DNA of 64,000 bases from Mobula hypostoma. Taxonomy: Eukaryota. The position numbers and the translations under genes are program-made. A model generated the notes under the pieces. It saw nothing but the letters and a program-made list of their open reading frames with translations. It was not told where the DNA came from and did not search any database. Below, in pieces: positions 12,497 through 25,400 of this stretch (position 1 is the stretch's first letter; each line of letters opens with the position of its first letter). The stretch is from positions 4,216,001 to 4,280,000 of the forward strand of contig NC_086097.1 of the NCBI RefSeq assembly GCF_963921235.1. The letters are read 5' to 3'.

Positions 12497-13421
12497 CACC
12501 AGCCTCCGGATCCAGCACATTATCCTCTGCAACTTCCGCCACCTTCAACAGGACCCCACCACTAAGCACATCTTTCCCTCTCCACCCCTGTCTGCTTTCC
12601 GCAGGGATCGGTCCCTCCGCGACTTCCTGGTCCACACGTCCCTCGCCACGGATCTCCCACCCAGCACTTATCCCTGTAAGTGCAAGTGCTACACCTGTCC
12701 CTACACCTCCTCTCTTGCCACCATTCAGGGCGCCAAACAGTCCTTCCAGGTGAGGCAACACTTCACTTGTGAGTCTGTTGGGGTCATCTATTGCATCTGG
12801 TGCTCCTGGTGCGGCCTCCTCTACATCGGTGAAACCCGACGCAGATTGGGGGACCGCTTCGTCAAGCACCTCCGCTCCATCTGCCACAACAGACAGGATC
12901 TCCCAGTAGCCACCCACTTCAACTCTGCTTCCCTTTCCCATTCAGATATGTCCATACATGGCCTCCTCTACTGCCATGATGAGGCTAAACTCAGGTTGGA
13001 GGAGCAACACCTCATATACTGTCTAGGTAGTCTCCAGCCCCTTGGTATGAACATAGAATTCTCCAAGTTCCGGTAATTCCCTCCCCCTCCCTTCCTCTAT
13101 CCCTATGTCATTCTCCCCCCTCCCCCAGCTGCCTATCACCTCCCTCATGGTTCCGCCTCCTTCTACTACCCGTTGTGTTTTCCCCTATTCCTTCTTCACC
13201 TTTCCTGCCTATCACCTCCCTGCTTCCCTCCCCCACCCCTTTATCTTTCCCCTTACCGGTTTTTCACCTGGAACCTACCAGCCTTCTCCTTCCCACCCTC
13301 CCCCACCTTCTTTATAGGGCCTCTGCCCCTTCCCTCTACAGTCCTGACGAAGGGTTCTGGCCTGAAACATCGACCAATCTTTTCCACGGATGCTGCCCGA
13401 CCTGCTGAGTTCCTCCAGCGT
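12497..13421 (+). mobile_element. Penelope-like element 3' part (GIY-YIG endonuclease plus 3' UTR/pLTR)
   Basis: ORF 12750-13076 VIYCIWCSWCGLLYIGETRRRLGDRFVKH...PVATHFN...GMN is a PLE GIY-YIG domain with CxxC; pyrimidine-rich UTR with a hammerhead motif. Confidence 0.9.
13339..13376 (+). ncRNA. Minimal type-I hammerhead ribozyme motif, partly decayed
   Basis: cagtc CTGACGA agggttctggcct GAAA catc gacca. Confidence 0.65.
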
Positions 13422-14030
13422 GAGGTAAATTCTAGGTTGGCATTTATTTCAAGGGGAATAGAATATAAAAGCAAGAAGATAATGCTGAGCACTAGTCAGG
13501 CCGCTTTTGGAGTATTGTCAACAGTTTTGGGCCCCATATCTCAGAAAGGATGTGTTGGCATTGGAAAGAGTCCAGAGAAGGTTCAGAAGGATGATAATGG
13601 GAATGAAGGGGTTAAGATATGAGGAGCGTTTGGCAGGTTGGACCTGTACTCACTGGAATTTAGAAGAATGTGTGACGATCCCGCCAAAAGCTACCGAATG
13701 TTGAAAGAACTAGATAGAGTGGATGTGGAGAGGATGATTCCCACTGTGGTGGTATCCAGAACTAGAGGGCACAGCCTCAAAATTGATTTATTTAGCCAGA
13801 AAGTAGTCAATCTGTGGAATTCTCTGCCACAGACTGAGGTGGAGGCCAAGTCCGTTGGTATGTTTAAGATGGAAGTTGATTGTTTCCTGATCAGTCAGGA
13901 CATCAAAGGATATGGCAAGAAAGCAGGTGTACAGGGTTAAGTGGGATCTGGAATCAGCCATGATGGAATAGCGGAGCAGATTTGAAGGGCTGAATGGCCT
14001 AATTCTGCTGCTATGTGTTATGGTCTTATT
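13422..14030 (+). mobile_element. CR1 3' end
   Basis: EYCQQFWAPYLRKDVLALERVQRRF; tail gtgttatggtctta. Confidence 0.85.
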
Positions 14031-14224
14031 AGGTCATCCACTGCAATGACGGCGGATTGTGCTATCCATGAGAGCAACTTGTGAAGGCACTTTTATTAAA
14101 CTTACAACTTCTACAAGAGTGGTATATGTACACTTGACAATGGCAGTATCTGCAGATTTCCATCTAAATCTATTGCACTTCTTCATTGGTGGTGGATCAA
14201 AGTTGAGGAATTCTACTAAATAAC

Positions 14225-14760
14225 AAAGTTCAAGAAGTTCAAGTTCGAAGTAAATTTATTATCACAGTACATATATGTCACCATATACAACCCGGAGATT
14301 ATTTTTTTTTGCAGACATTCACAGAAAATACAAAGATACAGAATAGAATCAATGAAAAGCTGCTCATAGCAAGACTGACGAACAACCCAATGTTCAAAAG
14401 ACAACAAACTGTGCAAATATAAAAAGGGGAAAAAAGAACACAAATAAATAAATAACTAAGCAATAAATATCAAGAACATAAGATGAAGAGACCTTGAAAG
14501 TGAGTCGATAGGTTGTGGGAACAGTTCAGTGTTGTGGCAAGTGAAGTTATCTCATCTGGTTTAAAAGCATGATGGTTGAGAGGTAATAGCTGTTCCTGAA
14601 CCTGGTGGTGTAAGTCCTGAGTCGCATATGCCTTCTTCCTGATGGCTGCAGTGAGAAGAGAGCACAACCTGGAGGGCAGGGATTCTTGATGATGGATGCT
14701 GCTTTCCTGCAACAGCATTTCATGTAAATGTGCTCAATAGTGCAGAGTGCTTTACCCTCC
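14225..14760 (-). mobile_element. Rex/L2-like LINE 3' end, family C (tail aataaatttactttgaac)
   Basis: ORF 14547-14834 (-) LFSLQPSGRRHMRLRTYTTRFRNSYY; homologous to 50125-51025. Confidence 0.75.
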
Positions 14761-15329
14761 CCGCTATTGAGCACATAGTGGGAGGGTGTTATAATCAAAG
14801 ATTGCAGCTGCCCAAGAAAGTGATGCAATGCCATTTACTAAATATAATTAGCAATGAGCAAAGATATTGTTGGGCTTGGTGATCTCTGCATTCCATTACT
14901 GATTAATAATTTAATGTAGAGAACGTTCTTCAATATGTTTGTAAGTTAATATGTTCATGAGATGATTTATCATAAAGTAAAACTAAGTGATTTCAGAGAC
15001 GTTGGATACAGAGAATGGCCCTGTGCCATATTTTAGACTGTGAACTCTCAGAATTTTACTATTTGATAGCTTAATAATTTTTGACACCAATGATCAATTT
15101 AGTCTCAGCAGACTTGTAAGATCCAAGATATCATCTTCAAACTACCGTTAATTGTAATTAGTTAACTGAGAAACAGAAAAATAGAAAATTGGATAATAGT
15201 CTGTCCAAACATCCCTACCTTGTGCATGCAAGCATGTGTGTGATAAAGAAAAGGGAGAAGATGACAAGATGATGCAAGAAAAAAAATGATGGAGATGGGA
15301 AAATAACATGATCATGATATGTAATATCA

Positions 15330-18300
15330 CCTCCACCAACAAGGAATAGGAAGGGGTCAATAACTCTACTGGGTGTTTTTTTATAAGCCACCCAATAGTA
15401 ACAGGGACATCAAGGAGCAGATAGGGCGACAGATTCTGGAAAGGAGTAATAATAACAGGGTTGTTGTGGTGGGTGATTTTAATTTCCCAAATATTGATTG
15501 GCATCTCTCTAGAGTGATGAGTTTAGATGGGGTGGAGTTTGTTAGGTGTGTTCAGGAAGGTTTCTTGACACAATATGGAGATAAGCCTACAAGAGGAGAG
15601 GCTGTTCTTAATCTGGTATTGGGAAATGAACTTGGTCAAGTGTCGGGTCTCTCAGTGGGAGAGCATTTTGGAGATGATGATCACAATTCTATCTCCTTTA
15701 CTAGCATTGGAGAGGGATAGGAACAGACAAGTTAGGAAAATGTTGATATTAAGGGAGAGGAGGTGATGGAGTTATTAAAATACATTAGGACGGCTAAGTT
15801 CCCGGGGCCTGACGGAATATTCGCCAGGCTGCTCCACGAGGCAAGGGAAGAGATTGCTGAGCCTCTGGCTAGGATCTTTATGTCCTCGTTGTCTACGGGA
15901 ATGGTACCGGAGGATTGGAGGGAGGCGAATGTTGTCCCCTTGTTCAAAAAAGGTAGCTGGGTTAGTCTGGGTAATTATAGACCAGTGAGCCTTATGTCTG
16001 TGGTGGGAAAGCTGTTGGAAAAGATTCTTAGAGATAGGATCTCTGGGCATTTAGAGAATCATGGTCTGATCAGGGTCAGTCAGCATGGCTTTGTGAAGGG
16101 CAGATCATGTCTAACAAGCCTGATAGAGTTCCTTGAGGAGGTGACCAGGCATATAGATGGGGGTAGTGCAGTGGATGTGATCTATATGGATTTTAGTAAG
16201 GCATTTGACAAGGTTCCACACGGTAGACTTATTCAGAAAGTCAGAAGGCATGGGATCCAGGGAAGTTTGGCCAGGTGGATTCAGAATTGGCTTGCTTTCA
16301 GAAGGCAGGGGTAGTGTGGAGGGAGTACGTTCGGATTGGAGGGATTTGACCAGTGGTGTCCCACAAGGATCCGTTCTGGGACCTCTACTTTTCGTGATTT
16401 TTATTAACGACCTGGATGTGGGGGTAGAAGGGTGGGTTGGCAAGTTTGCAGACGACACAAAGGTTGGTGGTGTTGTGGATAGTGTCAACGATTGTCGAAG
16501 ATTGCAGAGAGACATTGGTAGGTTGCAGAAGTGGGCTGAGAAGTGGCAGATGGAGTTCAACCCGGAGGAGTGTGAGGTGGTACACTTTGGAAGGACAAAC
16601 TCCAAGGCAGAGTACAAAGTAAATGGTAGGATACTTGGTAGTGTGGAGGAGCAGAGGGATATGGGGCTATATGTCCACAGATCCCTGAAAGTTGCCTCAC
16701 AGGTAGATAGGGTAGTTAAGAAAGCTTATGGGGTGTTAGCTTTCATAAGTCGAGGGATAGAATTTAAGAGTCGCGAGGTAATGATGCAGCTCTATAAAAC
16801 TCTGGTTAGGCCACACTTGGAGTACTGTGTCCAGTTCTGGTCGCCTCACGATAAGAAAGATGTGGAAGCATTGGAAAGGGTACAGAGGAGATTTACCAGG
16901 ATGCTGCCTGGTTTAGAGAGTATGGATTATGATCAGAGATTAAGGGAGCTAGGGCTTTACTCTTTGGAAGGAACAAGGATGAGAGGAGACATGATAGAGG
17001 TATACAAGATGTTAAGAGGAATAGATAGAGTGGACAGCCAGCACCTCTTCCCCAGGGCACCACTGCTCAATACAAGGGGACATGGCTTTAAGGTAAGGGG
17101 TGGGAAGTTCAAAGGGGATATTAGAGGGAGATTTTTTACTCAGAGAGTGGTTGGTGCATGGAATACATTGTCTGAGTCAGTGATGGAGGCAGATACACTA
17201 GTGAAATTTAAGACACTACTAGACCGGTATATGGAGGAATTTAAGGTGGGGGGTTATATGGGAGGCAGGGTTTAAGGGTCGGCACAACATTGTCGGCTGA
17301 AGGGCCTGTACTGTGCTGTACTATTCTATGTTCTATGTTCTATGTTTATTTGGAGTAAAGGGAAATATGAAGCTATCGAGCAGGAAAATGGAAGCATAAA
17401 TTGGAAACAGATGTTCTCAGGGAAATATACGGAAGAACTGTGGCAAATGTTCAGGGGATATTTGCGTGGAGTTCTGTGTAGATACGTACAAATGAGAAAG
17501 GGAAGGATGGTAGGGTACAGGAACCGTGGCATATAAAGGCTGTTGTAAATCTAGTCAAGAATAAAAGAAGAGCTTATGAAAGGTTCAAAAAACTAGGTAA
17601 TGTTAGGAACCTAGGAGATTATAAGGCTATCAGGAAGGAGCCTAAGAATGAAATTAGGAGAGCCAGAAAGGACCATGGGAAGGCCTTGGCGGACAGGATT
17701 AAGGAAAATCCCAAGGCATTCTACAAGTATGTGAAAAGCAAAGGGATAAGATGTGAGAGAATAGGACCAATCAAGAATGACAGTGGAAAAGTGTGTATGG
17801 AACCTGAGGAGATGACAAAGGTACTTAATGAATACTTTGCTTTAGTATTCACAATGGAAAAGGATCTTGCTGATTCTAGGGATGACTTGCAGTGGACTGA
17901 ATAGCTTGAGCATGTAGATATTAAGAAAGAGTATGTGCTGGAGCTTTTGGAAAGCATCAGGTTGGATAAGTCACCAGGACCAGATGGGATGTACCCCAGG
18001 CTACTGTGGGAAGTGAGGGAGGAGATTGCTGAGCCTTTTGCAATGATCTTTGCATCATCAAATAGGATGGGAGAGGTTCCATAGGATTGGAGGGTTGCAG
18101 ATGTTGTTCCCTTATTCAAGAAAGTGAGTAGAGATAGCCCAGGGAATTACAGACTATTGAGTCTTACTTCAGTGGTTGGTAAGTTGATGGAGAAGATCCT
18201 GAGAGACAGGATTTATGAACATTTGGAGAGGCATAATATGATAAGAAATAGTCAGCATGGCTTTTTCAAAGGCAGGTTGTGCCTTCCAAGCCTGACTGAA

Positions 18301-19270
18301 TTTTTTGAGGATGTGACAAAACACATTGATGAAGGTAGAGCCGTAGATGTAGTGTATATGGATTTTAGCAAGGCATTTGATAAGGTAGCCCATGCAAGGC
18401 TTATTGAGAAAGTAAGGAGGCATGGGATCCAAGGGGACATTTCTTTGTGGATCCAGAACTGGCTTCCCACTGAAGGCAAAGAGTGATTATAGATGGGTGA
18501 TATTCTGCACGGAGGCCGGTGACCAGTGGTGTGCCTCAGTGATCTGTTCTGGGATCCCTACTCTTCATAATTTTTATAAATGACCTGGATGAGTGGAGGG
18601 ATGGGTTAGTAAATTTACTGATGTCACAAAGGTTGGGGGTGTTGTGGATAGTGTGGAGGGCTGTCAGAGGTTACAGTCGGACATTGATAGGATGCAAAAT
18701 TGGGCTGAGAAGTGGCAGACGGAGTTCAACCCAGATAAGTGTGAAGTAGCTCATTTTGGTAGGTCAAATATGATGGCAAAATATAGTATTAATGGTAAGA
18801 CTCTTGGCAGTGTGGAGGATCGGGGTATCTTGGGGCCTTAGTCCATAGGACACTCAAAGCTCCGACGCAGGTTGACTCTGTGGTTAAGAAGGCATACAGT
18901 GCATTGGCCTTCATCAATTGTGAGATTGAGTTTAAGAGCCGAGAGGTAATGTTGCAGCTATATAGGACCCTGGTCAGACCACGCTTGGAGTACTGTGCTC
19001 AATTCTGGCCACCTCATTTACAGGAAGGACGTGGAAACCATAGAAAGGGTGCAGAGGAGATTTACAAGGATGTTACCTGGATTGGGGGGCATGCCTTATG
19101 AGAATAGGTTGAGTGAACTCAGCCTTTTCTCCTTAGAGCGACCGAGGATGAGAGGTGACCTGATAGAGTTGTACAAGATAATGAGAGGCATTGGTTATGT
19201 GGATAGTCAGAGGCTTTTCCCCAGGGCTGAAATCACTAGCACGAGAGGGTATAGTTTTAAGGTGCTTGGA
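15330..19270 (+). mobile_element. CR1 ORF2 host element (15330-15744 and 17347-19270) split by a younger CR1
   Basis: EN motifs YKPPN and VVGDFNFPNIDW, then RT motifs. The host reads continuously across the insert as gttaggaaaatgtt|tatttggagtaaaggg. Confidence 0.88.
15745..17346 (+). mobile_element. Young 5'-truncated CR1 (RT plus C-terminus), nested
   Basis: ORFs 15763-16314 and 16205-17275 (GVPQGSVLGPLLF, KFADDTK); (TTCTATG)n tail; atgtt at both junctions. Confidence 0.92.
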
Positions 19271-21814
19271 AGGTGTTATACTTAAATGCACGCAGCATAA
19301 GGAATAAGGTGGATGATCTTGTCGTACAGCTACAGATTGGCAGGTATGATATTGTGGCCATCACTGAGACATGGCTAAAGGAAGCATGTCTCTGGGAGCT
19401 AAACGTCCAAGGATACACGGTGTATCGGAAGGATAGGAAGGTAGGCAGAGGGGGAGACGTGGCTTTATTGGTGAGAAATGATATTAAATCATTAGAAAGA
19501 GGTGATATAGGATCGGAAGGTGCAGAATCTTTATGGGTTGAGCTAAGAAATCGCAGGGGTAAAAGGACCCTGATGGCAGTTATTTATAGGCCTCCAAACA
19601 GCTGCAGTGATGTGGACTACAAATTACAACAGGAAATAGAAAAGGCTTGTCAGAAGGGCAGTGTTTTGATAGTTGTGGGGGATTTTAACATGTGAGTGGA
19701 TTGGGAAAATCAGGTCGGCACTGGATCTCGAGAGAGAGAATTTGTAGAATGTCTGCGAGATGGCTTTTTAGAACAGCTTGTTGTTGAGCCCACTAGGAGA
19801 TCGGCTGTACTGGATTGGGTATTGTGTAATGAACCGGAGGTGATTAGAGAGATTGAGGTGAAGGAACCCTTAGGAGACAGTGATCATAACATGACTGAGT
19901 TCACTGTGAAATTTGAAAAAGAGAAGCCGAAATCTGATGTGTCGGTATTTCAGTGGAGTAAAGGAAATTACAGTGGCATGAGAGAGGAACTGGCCAAAGT
20001 TGACTGGAAAGGGACACTGGCGGGAAAGACGGCAGAGCAGCAGTGGCTGGAGTATATGCGAGAAGGTGCAAGACAGGTATATTCCAAAAAAGAAGAAATT
20101 TTCAAATGGAAAAAGGATGCAACCGTGGTTGACAAGAGAAGTCAAAGCCAAAGTTAAAGCAAAGGAGAGGTCATACAAGGAAGCAAACATTAGTGGGAAG
20201 ACAGAGGATTAGGAAGTTTTTAAAACCTTACAAAAGGAAACTAGGAAGGTCATTAAGAGAGAAAAGATTAACTATGAAAGGAAGCCAGCAAATAATATCA
20301 AAGAGGATACTAAAAGCTCTTTCAAGTATAGAAGAGTAAAAGACAGTTGAGAGTAGATATAGGACCGATAGAAAATGATGCTGGAGAAATTGTAATGGGA
20401 GATAAAGAGATGGCAAAGGAACTTAACGAGTATTTTTGCATCAGTCTTCACTGAGGAAGACATCAGCAGCATACCAGACACTCAAGGGTGGCAGGGAAGA
20501 GAAGTGTGCACAGTCACAATTACGACAGAGAAAGTACTCAGGAAGCTGAATAGTCTAAAGGTAGATAAATCTCCCGGACCAGATGGAATGCCCCCGCGCG
20601 TTCTGAAAGAAGTAGCTGTGGAGATTGCGGAGGCATTAGCGATGATCTTTCAAAAGTCGATAGATTCTGGCATGGTTCCGGAGGACTGGAAGATTGAAAA
20701 TATCACTCCGCTATTTAAGAAGGGGGCAAGGAAGCAAAAAGGAAATTATAGATCTGTTAGCTTGACATCGGTGGTTGGGAAGTTTTTGGAGTCGATTGTC
20801 AAGGATGAGGTTACAGAGTACCTGGAGGCATATGACAAGATAGGCAGAACTCAGCATGGATTCCTTAAAGGAAAATCCTGCCTAACAAACCTATTACAAT
20901 TTTTTGAGGAAATTACCAATAGGCTAGACAAGGGAGATGCAGTGGATGTTGTATATTTGGATTTTCAGAAGGCCTTTGACAAGGTGCCACTCATGAGGCT
21001 ACTTAACAAGATAAGAGCCCATGGAATTACGGTAAAGTTGCATACGTGGATAGAGCATTGGCTGATTGGCAGGAAACAGAGAGTGGGAATAAAGGGATCC
21101 TATTCTGGTTGGCTGCCGGTTACCAGTGGTGTTCCACAGGGGTCGGCGTTGGGGCCACTTCTTTTTACATTGTACGTCAACGATTTGGATTATGGAATAG
21201 ATGGCTTTGTGGCTAAATTTGCTGACAATACGAAGATAGGTGGAGGGGCCAGTAGTGCTGAGGAAACGGAGAGTCTGCGGAGAGACTTGGATAGATTGGA
21301 AGAATGGGAAAGAAGTGGCAAATGAAATACAATGTTGTAAAGTGTATGGTTATGCACTTTGGCAGAAGAAATAAATGGGCAGACTATTATTTAAATGGGG
21401 AAAGAATTCAAAGTTCTGAGATGCAACGGGCCTTGGGAGTCCTCGTACAGGATACCCTTAAGGTTAACCTCCAGGTTGAGTCGGTAGTGAAGAAGGTGAA
21501 TGCAATGTTGGCATTCATTTCTAGAGGAATAGAGTATAGGAGCAGGGATGTGATGCTGAGGCTCTATAAGGCGCTGGTGAGACCTCACTTGGAGAACTGT
21601 GGGCAGTTTTGGTCTCCTTACTTAAGAAAGGATGTGCTGACGTTGGAGGGGGTACAGAGAAGATTCACTACAGTGATTCCGGGAATGAGAGGGTTAACAT
21701 ATGAGAAACGTTTGTCCGCTCTTGGACTGTATTCCTTGGAGTTTAGAAGACTGAGGGGAGACCTCATAGAAACATTTCGAATGTTGAAAGGCATGGACAG
21801 AGTGGATGTGGCAA
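19270..21814 (+). mobile_element. CR1 ORF2, almost complete (APE endonuclease plus RT), frameshifted, 3' end missing
   Basis: LYLNARSIRNK...AITETWL, YRPPN, GDFN, SDHN and RT motifs in ORFs 19273-21906. Confidence 0.92.
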
Positions 21815-22480
21815 ACATAAATACGAGGAATTCTGCAGATGCTGGAAATTCAAGCGACACACATCAAAGTCGCTGGTGGACGCAGCAGGCCAGGCAGCAT
21901 CTCTAGGAAGAGGTACACTTGACGTTTCGGGCCTAGACCCTTTGTCAGGACTAACTGAAGGAAGAGCTAGTAAGAGATTTGAAAGTGGGAGGGGGAGGGC
22001 GAGATCCAAAATGATTGGAGAAGACAGGAGGGGGAGGGATGGAGTCAAGAGCTGGACAGGTGATTGGCAAAAAGGATATGAGAGGATCATGGGACAGGAG
22101 GCCCAGGGAGAAGGAAAAAGGGAATGGGGGGAAAAAACCCAGAGGATGGGCAAGGGGTATAGTCAGAGGGAGAGAGCGAGAAAAAGTAGAGAGAGGGAAA
22201 GAAGGTGTGTATATAAATAAATAACGGATGGGGTACGAGGGGGAGGTGGGGCATTAGCGGAAGTTAGAGAAGTTTTGCTGAACACCTACGCTCTGTCTGC
22301 CAGAGAAAGCAGGATGTCCCAGTGGCCACACATTTTAATTCCACATTCCATTCCCATTCTGATATGTCTATCCACGGCCTCCTCTACTGTAAAGATGAAG
22401 CCACACTCAGGTTGGAGGAACAACACCTTATATTCCGTCTGGGTAGCCTCCAACCTGATGGCATGAACATTGACTTCTCT
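21815..22480 (-). mobile_element. Penelope-like element with an inverted 5' segment
   Basis: 21815-22272 is colinear with the copy at 63424-63873; 22273-22480 is GIY-YIG coding sequence on the + strand. Confidence 0.85.
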
Positions 22481-25400
22481 TAACTCTTATAGATCATCGA
22501 TTCTTATAGATAATGCACTTTCCTTTGTCCAGCATGATGTAGTATCTGATACTAATTGACGTTTTGTTATAGTCTCAGGAAAACTAGATAATAAGTTAAT
22601 AGTATTTGCCAGTGTGTATACCCCAAATGTAGATGACCCAGGATTCTTTGAATGCTTTTTTTCGTTTTTACCAGATCTGAATCTTTATTCTTTGGTGATG
22701 GGAGGAGATTTTAACTGTTGGCTAGACCCAATTTTAGACCGATGATCTTCTAAACCAACGTCTTTTAATAAATCAGCTTTGTTTATTCCATCCTTTTTAT
22801 TGAAGTGTGGTATAGTTGATGTTTGGTATTTCTTACAGCCCTTAGTTAGGGATTATTCGCTTTTTTCCAACGTTCATCACACATATTCCAGGATTGATTT
22901 TTTTTACCGATAGTCAAATGATCTCATCAGTTCATTCCTGTGAATATGAAGAGATTGCTGTTTCAGACCATGCTCCTATATTTTTATCTTTAAAACTCCC
23001 TGGTCTTCTTCTGATAAGGAATTTTTAAAATTTCTAGAGAAGCATATTATTTTTTTTGAAGAGAATAAAAAGGAAGAGACTTCTAATCTTATTGTATGGG
23101 ATACTTACAAGGCCCATATTAGAGGACAGATTATTTCTGATACTGCGAGTGTTAAGAATAAAGCTAATAAAGAAAGAATTGAATTAGCCAATCAGTTAAA
23201 ACAATTAGATCGAAAATTTGCTACAGCTCCAGATCCTGTTTTATATAAAAGACGTGTTGAAGTTAATACTAAATGTGATCTTCTGTTAACAAATCCAATT
23301 GAAACTCAACTTCTTAAAGATAAAACTCAATTTTACATTCACGGAGATAAATCAGGCAAAGTATTGGTCAACCAGTTAAAAACTTCTGTAGTTAAACGAC
23401 AAATTAAAGAAATTTGCAAAACTAATGATGATAGGACAACTGATTACTCTGAAATAAGTGATAGCTTTGGAGAATTCTATTCTAAACTTTATAGTTCTGA
23501 CTCCCCTAAAGATAATACTGTAATGAACAATTTTTTAGATCAATTAAATATCACTGCAGTTTCTGCAGATAATTGCAAACAGATAGATCAACCCATTTCT
23601 TATGAGGAAATCGCCGAGGCTATACGTTCATTACACTTGGGGAAGGCTCTGGTTCCAGACGGATTTTCTGGAGAATTTTATAAGGCTTTTTCTTCATTAA
23701 TTATACCACAGTTACACTTAGTTTTTTTGGATTCTTTCAAATTGGGTAGTTTGCCTCAATCTTTTTATGAAGCTTCTATCTCGCTTATCCTAAAAAAGAA
23801 CAAGGATCCAACTGAATGCTCTTCATATAGGCCAATTTCATTACTTCATGTAGATACTAAAATTCTTTCTAAGGTTCTGGCTCGTAGGATTGAAAATATT
23901 TTACTTTCTATTATCTCTGATGATCAGACTGGATTTATTAAAAACTGACATTCCCATTTTAATATATGCCGTGTATTAAATGTTATTTACTCTCCTTCTC
24001 AGGAGATATCGGAATGTGTGATATCCTTAGATGCTGAGAAAGCCTTCGATTGGGTTGAATGGAATTATTTATTTAAAACCTTAGAAAAATTTAATTTTGG
24101 ACCAGATTTTATTCAATTGATTAAACTACTTTATTTATCTCCTTCTGCTCGAGTACTTACTAATTTTCAAAGTTCCGAACCATTCAAACTTCAGCGCAGA
24201 ACTAGACAAGGCTGTCTGTTGAGTCCTTTGCTTTTTGATTTAGCGTTAGAACCCCTTGCTATCGCTTTTCGAGAATCTAATGATATCTGTGGTATTTTAA
24301 GGAGAGGTATCACCCACGAAATCTCGCTTTACATTGATGATATATTGCTTTTGATCTCTAATGCTGAGATTTCATTACCTTGTGTACTTTCTTTACACTC
24401 CCATTTTAGCCAGTTTTCAGGATATAAATTGAACCTACATAAGAGTGAATTATTTCCTTTAACTAATTTGGTACCAATTAATACTAATCTTCCTTTTAAA
24501 ATTGTAAGGAATCAATTTACTTATTTGGGTGTAACAATCACTAAGAATTACAAATACCTGTTTAAAGAAAACTTTCTTACTTTATTGAACCATGTAAAAA
24601 AGATATTATTAAATTGGTCACCTCTTTCAATATCATTGATTGGACGAATTAATTCTATTAAAATGAATATTCTACCTAAATTTATATATCTTTTTCGGGC
24701 TTTACCCATTTTTATTCCGAAAATGTTTTTTGACTCTCTTGAATCTATTTTATCCTCCTATATATGGAAAAATAAACATCCTCGTTTAAATAAAATTCAT
24801 CTCAAAAACCTAAAAAGTCTGGAGGTTTAGCCTTATCTAATTTTAGGTTTTATTACTGGGCAGTTAATATACAATATCTTACATTTTGGCTATATTATAT
24901 TAATCGTGTAGACTGTCCGGTATGGGTTTCTTTAGAAGCTAATTCTGTTAATAAATTTTCTATTATTTCTCTTCTTGGATCCTCACTTCCTTTATTTGTA
25001 AGTAAACTAACTGATAATTTAATAGTTAAACATACTCTGAGGATCTAGATACAATTTAGAAAATATTTTGGTTTATTGAGATTTTCCCTTTCTAGTCCCA
25101 TTTATTATAATTTTTTTAAACCCTCCTTGACTGATTTGGTTTTTAAAGAATGGGACAAGTTGGGTATTAAATGTTTTTGGAATCTGTTAGTTGGAGGAAA
25201 TCTTTTCTCGTTTGAGCAATTGTCAGCTAAATATAGCCTACCCAAAACTCACTTTTTTGGATATCTACAAATTAGAGACTTTCTAAGATCTCAATTATGC
25301 ACATTTCCTATAAACTCAGATAAGAACTTACTAGATGTAATTTTTAATTTGACACCCTTTTATAATGGTTCAATATCTAATATTTATGGTATGTTACTGG

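Noticed and set aside
12750..13076. Standalone or domesticated GIY-YIG nuclease gene
   Set aside because: It is embedded in a 5'-truncated PLE with its own UTR, and several decayed sister copies lie in the window.
13075..13335. Pro/Ser-rich ORFs and G-quadruplex-like purine/pyrimidine tracts
   Set aside because: This is the ordinary compositional bias of the PLE 3' UTR and is repeated in every copy.
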